From assembly GCA_032718475.1 (NCBI GenBank), contig JAUCBJ010007401.1:1-52698 (forward strand): a stretch of 52,698 nucleotides of DNA. The letters run 5' to 3'. Position numbers and translations under genes: made by a program. A model generated the notes under the pieces. It made no database searches. It was given only the letters and a program-made list of their open reading frames with translations, and was not told where the DNA came from. The stretch is from Nemertoderma westbladi (taxonomy: Eukaryota > Animalia > Xenacoelomorpha). This document shows positions 50,001 through 52,698 of this stretch, in pieces; the stretch's first letter is position 1, and every line of letters starts with the position of its first letter.

Positions 50001-50505
50001 GGATATAAAGAGCAGGTTGAATTTCTACAATGAAAAATATATTTTAAGATTTAATTCAGCTGAACGTATATCATTATGTATTTTGTTATATGAATTCATT
50101 ACTTTTAGTCAAATAAATACAAATAGTAGTTGTAGTATGGCAATCGGTCAATATGGCCTATTGGCATTATGGTCAATATGGCAAATCGAACCAACCCAAT
50201 GGATAACATAATAAGTGACAATTAAATTTATAAATAATTAAATAAATTACTAACAGTAAATAATATAAGATGCAAATATAAATCATAAGTAGCATATCAG
50301 ATATATATAATAAATTTACGTAATCCCACAATTAATAACACAGTAATTCATAAAATTTAAAATGAGTGGAATTTAGGTTATTAACATTTATGATATACTT
50401 TACATAAAATATATATTAGATAATTTGTGAATAATTATTATCATCTAATAATATATTTAAACATTCCTTGTATCGTATTCCTGCGTTCATTTTTCTGGAA
50501 CAATA

Positions 50506-50973
50506 ATGGCTGAGCTATCTGATATCGAGATTAGTCGCTTGAAACAGGCTTTCCGATCCTATGATTGCGACAACAGCGGAAACATAAGTACCCTCGAACT
50601 GTTACCCTTGATGCAATCCTACGGTATAGATGCCAGAGAGGAAGAGATTAATAGCTTCCTTAAAGCCCACGATAAGGATTGCGATGGATCGTTGGACTTC
50701 CAGGAACTTATGGATGGCATGAAACCGATTATAGTGGCGCATCGCATCCAGGTCGAGGGATTGTTAGCCGCTTTTAATCGTTTTGATCGCGACAAGTCTG
50801 GGACGATCTCACACGGAGAACTTCTAGAAGTGATGGCCGACCAGAAAGAGGATGTCTCTAACCTCGATATCTTAAGGTTCTTCAAGGAGGCGGATGTTGA
50901 TGGTGATGGAGAGATAAACTTTATGGAATTTTCTAGAATGATGTGCTGCATGCGTCATAGCAGCCACTACTAA
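50506..50973 (+). CDS. Calmodulin-like protein, four EF-hands, intronless
   Basis: Loops DCDNSGNISTLE, DKDCDGSLDFQE, DRDKSGTISHGE, DVDGDGEINFME; MAELSDIEISRLKQAF start; too divergent to be canonical calmodulin. Confidence 0.93.
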   Translation: MAELSDIEISRLKQAFRSYDCDNSGNISTLELLPLMQSYGIDAREEEINSFLKAHDKDCDGSLDFQELMDGMKPIIVAHRIQVEGLLAAFNRFDRDKSGTISHGELLEVMADQKEDVSNLDILRFFKEADVDGDGEINFMEFSRMMCCMRHSSHY

Positions 50974-52188
50974 ATATTGATAGCGAATACTAAATCATGT
51001 GAAATATTTTGTATGTTTAGATATAATTTAGAATAGTTATTGTAAAATCATAGAATTAAAATTTTTTCCAAAATTAGTGTTAAAACATATTGTAATCTGT
51101 ATTGAAAATTGATTTTTGATGAAGTCTCTCTATATCATGTTCAATTATTATTCATTTGACAATTTTTACACTGTAGGAAAATTCGCTTAGAATTAGTTTC
51201 ACTATGTCAAACTATATTAATATTTAAAGTAGTTATTTATAGGTTCTCTAAAATAACTGAAACTGAAACTGGATCATTCTTTTTTTAATAACGTGTTTTA
51301 TTAATTTCGATTATTTAACAAGTATATTCAGCAGACTAGATATTGTATGGCTGCAGCCAATCAAAAACATGTCCTAAACATAAAAGTAGTGCAAAAGGAT
51401 AAGTTAAAGGGGGGAAATCACTTTTATCGATGTAGATAATCATTATTTATGAGGGGAAAAGCAGGACTCCCTGATCATTTCATTGTACACTTTCGATTCT
51501 TATGTGTGCACCTCACCGCTGCCAAAAGTGGTCTTTGGGACCCGACCGGTAAGGATAACTTCGGAGCTGCAGGCCAGCTCACAGTATTAATTCCCAGAAC
51601 CTATAAACAAAGTGATGTTGTTTAGTTGTAGATTCGAACATTACTCATAAGGATTTGTCCGTTTATTTAACTACTCTGACAATTTCACCAGTAGTGGGCT
51701 CTGAGCTGGTCTTGGCAGCATGTCTTCCTTCGGACATTCTTGTTGATGCACTGGGTTAGATCGATAATGTAGACCTCATCTGAAAGGAAAAATGTGACGC
51801 TGCCATCAGCCACCATGCAATTACATGAGCATGTCAAGTAAGGTAAGACCGAGTGTACGGGACTTAAGGGCCAAAAAATTAATAATCCGGCTGTCTCATG
51901 TCTCGTCTCTATGTGGCCACTCTACAAATGATGCTGATGATGCAGATGCTATTCCAAATGCAATGATGCTATTGGTGCTATGATGCTGACTGTTCGGGTG
52001 TCAAGGCTATGTTTGGTGACCACAAATATCCTTTTCCTTAAAGAATCTTCAATATCGTTTAAGCTGTAAAAAAATCGCATCCAATGCAATATTTGTTAAA
52101 AAGATTCGTTATTTATATCAGTGCAGATTGTTGCCAATATTAATGGAGATATAAAAGTAACACTGTTGTCGAGGCATGACGTGCGAAA

Positions 52189-52698
52189 AATGTTCAGCTG
52201 TAACTAATCGGCAAACAATGTTTATCTGTAACTAATCGTCAAACAATGTTCAGCTGAGACAAAACGGCAAACAATGTTCAGCTGTATCAAAACGGCAAAC
52301 AATGTTCAGCTGTAACTAATCGGCAAACAATGTTCAGCTGTAACTAATCTGCAAACAATGTTCAGATGTAACAAAACGGCAAACAATGTTCAGCTGTAAC
52401 TAATCGGCAAACAATGTTCAGCTGTATCAAAACGGCAAACAATGTTCAGCTGTATCAAAACGGCAAACAATGTTCAGCTGTAACTAATCGGCAAACAATG
52501 TTCAGCTGTAACTAATCTGCAAACAATGTTCAGATGTAACAAAACGGCAAACAATGTTCAGCTGTCACTAATCGGCAAACAATGTTCAGCTGTAACTAAT
52601 CGGCAAACAATGTTCAGCTGTAACAAAACGGCAAACAATGTTCAGCTGTAACAAAACGGCAAACAATGTTCAGCTGTAACTAATTGGCAAACAATGTT
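52189..52698. repeat. 28-bp minisatellite, about 18 copies, runs off the window end
   Basis: aatgttcagctgtaactaatcggcaaac with variant aatgttcagctgtatcaaaacggcaaac. Confidence 0.95.

Noticed and set aside
52189-52698. 28-bp repeat array resembling CRISPR in unit length
   Set aside because: Units are head-to-tail with no unique spacers, no cas genes, eukaryotic context

Overview
AT-rich, intron-containing eukaryotic (invertebrate-like) genomic DNA. Host genes: five minus-strand exons of an ACE-family (peptidase M2) gene at 1-2694 with a candidate signal-peptide exon at 28232-28340, two 5' exons of a CLCN6/7-like chloride transporter (37887-38300, 41679-41818), and an intronless four-EF-hand calmodulin-like gene (50506-50973). 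The dominant feature is an 18.6-kb BEL/Pao LTR retrotransposon (2879-21452, ~1.2-kb LTRs) directly upstream of the ACE exons. Its gag-pol is disrupted, but in the env position it carries an intact 1348-aa ORF that reads as a WRN/EXD/Mut-7-like DEDDy 3'-5' exonuclease domain plus CCHC zinc knuckles. The element also has no tRNA-type primer binding site; instead the 12 nt after the 5' LTR are perfectly complementary to a site inside its own LTR (Tf1-like self-priming geometry). The spacer before the extra ORF is rich in predicted RNA structure. The rest is decayed LINEs (APE-RT, RTE, CRE-like), piggyBac- and Harbinger-like non-autonomous elements, foldbacks and a 28-bp minisatellite. All calls are by eye; no database searches were run.
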